57,118 bases of DNA from the NCBI GenBank assembly GCA_002796305.1, contig PCWZ01000049.1, positions 1-57,118 on the forward strand, written 5' to 3'. The translations under genes were made by a program, and so were the position numbers. A model generated the notes under the pieces. It made no database searches and was not told where the DNA came from. It was given only the letters and a program-made list of their open reading frames with translations. The stretch comes from Deltaproteobacteria bacterium CG11_big_fil_rev_8_21_14_0_20_49_13 (GTDB lineage: Bacteria; UBA10199; GCA-002796325; 1-14-0-20-49-13). Below, one piece after another: positions 54,873 through 57,118 of the stretch. Each line of letters begins with the position of its first letter. Positions within the stretch are counted from its first letter, which is position 1.

Positions 54873-55214
54873 CTAGCGCGGATTTGAATGGCAATCCCTG
54901 CAGAAAACGATCTTGTGACACTGATCGCACTTTCTGGGGTTCGCCCGCGCCTCGACCGAATGATAGAACATGTAATTTCTTTTGTGCACCCTCTGCTGGA
55001 TGCTGTCCCTTCTCTCGTGACAGTCTATGCAGAACCACGGCTTGTGACACGACCTGCAAGAAGACGATTCTATCTTGGCTGTTGACTGATGCATCTGGGC
55101 CCAGCCGGCATCGTGAGATTCCGGCATGCCGGCGCTCTTTTCGGGATCGAGCGCAAACGCCGCACTGCAGACAAAAGACGCCAAGAATATCAACACTATT
55201 TTTTTATATCTCAT
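54873..55214 (-). CDS. Small periplasmic tetrahaem c-type cytochrome (paired CxxCH motifs)
   Basis: Signal peptide, then CRSCH-x4-CIDCH and CDQCH-x4-CRDCH. Confidence 0.75.
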   Translation of the reverse strand: MRYKKIVLIFLASFVCSAAFALDPEKSAGMPESHDAGWAQMHQSTAKIESSSCRSCHKPWFCIDCHERRDSIQQRVHKRNYMFYHSVEARANPRKCDQCHKIVFCRDCHSNPR

Positions 55215-56511
55215 GGAACCGCCTGTCTATCCTTTTGCTTCTTTTGTTCGGGGTGTAGTCGCTGCTCGTCAGGCCTATCTCAAGGTCCACCGTAAGTCTT
55301 GCGTCTCTGTTGAACCATTGGTTGTGGTTCAACTCTCCGCCCAGAGAAAGCTTGCTTATCTTATTGAACCAGTAGGCGACCCCTCCCACAAGACTTGTTG
55401 CCGTGTCGCTCTGTCCGGTTATCTTCTTATAATTAGAGAGGTCAAAGTCCAGATACCCTGCCCATTTTTCGCGATATCTTGCATCCAGCGCCAGGTATCC
55501 GCCATAGACATGACCGCCGTAGCTCTTCAGATAATAGAACTTCGCAAGGGTTGAAAGTTTTGCCCGCTCAAAATAGTTGTCGACGCCGAGATCAAAGAGA
55601 TAACCATTCTTTGGATTAAGGTTCCTTGGAGTATATCTCAGACAAGAAAGATCTTCAAAGATGTGAAGGTTCTTCATTATCTTGACCCTTGCGTTCGCGC
55701 TCCCTTCCATGATCCTTCCGGTAAAATAGTCCGCAAAGATCGTCTCGTATGCGGAGCTCCTGCTCACGTTGTAGTAGTTGCCGTCGAACGCCAGCGCTAA
55801 CCGCCAGTGCGGATATAGTTGCAGACCAAGGGTCCCGGTATCTACGACCTTTCCCGCGACATCACCTTCAATGTTGCCGTAGAGGTTCGGCGTTGCCCAT
55901 GCATCGCTGAACCTGTGCGAGGCATCAAGCCCCAAAAATATCGTATCGTTCCAGCCCCAATCGCTTACCACGGCATCTGCCTTGCGCCATCTTGCGGCAA
56001 ATCTTGCGGAGGTGTCTTTTACGTTTTGAAGATTAACGGCGGTCCCTACGAGAAGACCTTCCTCGCCTTGAGTGACATTTCCCTCTTCATAATAATGATT
56101 TCCGCCGGCATATACCGAAAAGTTAAGATATCCGCTATCAGGCGTGACCGAGAGCTTGAGGCCGTCGAGAAGGGCAACGTCAAAGGCCTCGGAGAGCCAC
56201 TGCCTGCCCCCCTCTATCTTAAGTGATTCAACCGGTTCGATGTACAGGACCGCCTGATAGAGGTCGAACTGATAAGAATCCCTTTCGTCATTTATAAAAA
56301 CTTTAAAATCAGTTTGAAATGAGGATTCTACCGGCAGTTTTGAGAGGCCAAGGCTAAAATATTGGTTTGTCGGCGCCTCATAACCGACAAATCGGCCCTT
56401 TTTTACCTGAGAAAGATTTCTGTAGCTAAAGTCCCATCCGGCAAAGGCTTGAATAGGATAGACGAGAAGAACTAAAAGCGCAACGAGTGCAACGTTTCTT
56501 TTATCCCCCAT
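55204..56511 (-). CDS. Outer-membrane beta-barrel (porin-like) protein heading the cytochrome cluster
   Basis: ATG at 56511 (the ORF track starts at a TTG at 56523). Signal peptide VALVALLVLLVYPIQAFA. Many alternating aromatic/hydrophobic strands (YLFDLGVDNYF, GGYLALDARY, LVGGVAYWF). Confidence 0.65.
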   Translation of the reverse strand: MGDKRNVALVALLVLLVYPIQAFAGWDFSYRNLSQVKKGRFVGYEAPTNQYFSLGLSKLPVESSFQTDFKVFINDERDSYQFDLYQAVLYIEPVESLKIEGGRQWLSEAFDVALLDGLKLSVTPDSGYLNFSVYAGGNHYYEEGNVTQGEEGLLVGTAVNLQNVKDTSARFAARWRKADAVVSDWGWNDTIFLGLDASHRFSDAWATPNLYGNIEGDVAGKVVDTGTLGLQLYPHWRLALAFDGNYYNVSRSSAYETIFADYFTGRIMEGSANARVKIMKNLHIFEDLSCLRYTPRNLNPKNGYLFDLGVDNYFERAKLSTLAKFYYLKSYGGHVYGGYLALDARYREKWAGYLDFDLSNYKKITGQSDTATSLVGGVAYWFNKISKLSLGGELNHNQWFNRDARLTVDLEIGLTSSDYTPNKRSKRIDRRFHEI

Positions 56512-56564
56512 TAGGGACAACAATTAACATTATATTTTCGATAAGTCAATAAATGTGAGGGGCT

Positions 56565-56924
56565 TCACGATTTTTTCCCGTGTTCTGCTGTGATAATGGT
56601 CGTGATACCGCCGCGGACAAAGAACTTCGCCTCAACCTCCATCCAGCGCGGTGCGGTTGCGCCAACCAGATCCGAAAGAATCCTGTTCGTCGCCGCTTCA
56701 TGAAAGGCCCCTTCGTTTCTGTAGGACCATAAGTAGAGTTTAAGCGATTTAAGTTCGAAACATATCTTGTCCGGGATATATTTTATCGTGATATTGGCAA
56801 AATCGGGCTGTCCGGTCTTTGGACAAAGGCAGGTAAATTCAGGGCATTCACATGTAATAACGTAGTTTCTGCCGGGCTCCGGGTTCGGGAACGTTTCTAT
56901 CATTTTATTGGGTGTTGTGTTCAT
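56565..56924 (-). CDS. queF: NADPH-dependent 7-cyano-7-deazaguanine reductase (type I QueF)
   Basis: [48 protein letters not shown] is the QueF motif. Confidence 0.9.
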   Translation of the reverse strand: MNTTPNKMIETFPNPEPGRNYVITCECPEFTCLCPKTGQPDFANITIKYIPDKICFELKSLKLYLWSYRNEGAFHEAATNRILSDLVGATAPRWMEVEAKFFVRGGITTIITAEHGKKS

Positions 56925-57118
56925 ATTCGGACTCTTTGCTATACCAGTAGAGATGCCTTAGTAAAGCCATTTTTAAAGTTATTTTGGAACACGGAACAGA
57001 CATCGTATCCCCCTTATAAAGAGAGGCTCTTCGCGGATTTGAGTGGGTCATTTGCGGGACAAGATGGCGGGAAGAAGCGATTAGACGTGAATCGTCTGTT
57101 TATAAACTGAAGAAGAAA

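Noticed and set aside
54434-55554. Plus-strand ORFs of 138, 124, 65, 68 and 142 aa
   Set aside because: They are antisense to the cytochrome and porin genes, whose CxxCH motifs and signal peptides identify the true frame.
56524-56564. sigma-70 promoter for the cytochrome cluster (TATAAT on the minus strand)
   Set aside because: A perfect -10 hexamer is present but there is no acceptable -35 at 16-18 nt. The cluster may instead be read through from queF.
56925-57118. preQ1 riboswitch upstream of queF
   Set aside because: I could not find the compact preQ1-I/II hairpin-plus-A-rich-tail signature on the minus strand. queF is also not a typical riboswitch target.

Overview
This is a 57.1-kb chromosomal segment (about 50% GC) from a diderm bacterium, probably an uncultured lineage. 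It carries Tol-Pal, LolA, sigma-54-type promoters and multihaem cytochromes, and several short palindromic or tandem repeat families recur across the window. I can support about 58 protein genes, one tRNA(CAU) and RNase P RNA.

Gene layout, left to right:
- tag (partial) and a DUF4143 AAA ATPase.
- A seven-gene plus-strand envelope operon behind a sigma-54 promoter: PEGA protein, lipoproteins, a TSP3/beta-helix lipoprotein, Pal, a tail-fibre-like protein, a DUF4097 protein and a PEGA-tailed Ser/Thr kinase. It converges on tolQ-tolR-tolA-tolB.
- murI, a C-terminal processing protease, a sigma-54-driven unknown secreted protein, a PPi-type phosphofructokinase and the tRNA.
- A compact four-gene cassette: PqqA-like peptide (not in the ORF track), PqqD-like protein, radical SAM enzyme and UbiA/MenA-type prenyltransferase.
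- COG1579 Zn-ribbon protein, a hypothetical, RNase HI and rnpB.
- An OMP, lolA, ftsK, a chimeric GGDEF/HD-GYP remnant, a TPR protein and a patatin.
- xseA, a truncated histidine kinase, xseB, ispA, purM and purN.
- A long minus-strand operon: tlyA, TPR protein, lipoprotein, a five-gene peptide ABC transporter and a secreted protein.
- A PflX-like radical SAM enzyme, an OPT transporter, ridA and tyrosine phenol-lyase.
- A four-gene porin-plus-cytochrome cluster (15 CxxCH motifs in total), then queF.

The best candidate for an undescribed system is the cassette at 19.9-22.4 kb. Second is the porin-cytochrome cluster at 52.2-56.5 kb. Repeat elements embedded in frame in coding sequence (signal peptides, C-terminal tails, internal loops of purM, ispA and pflX) recur throughout the window.
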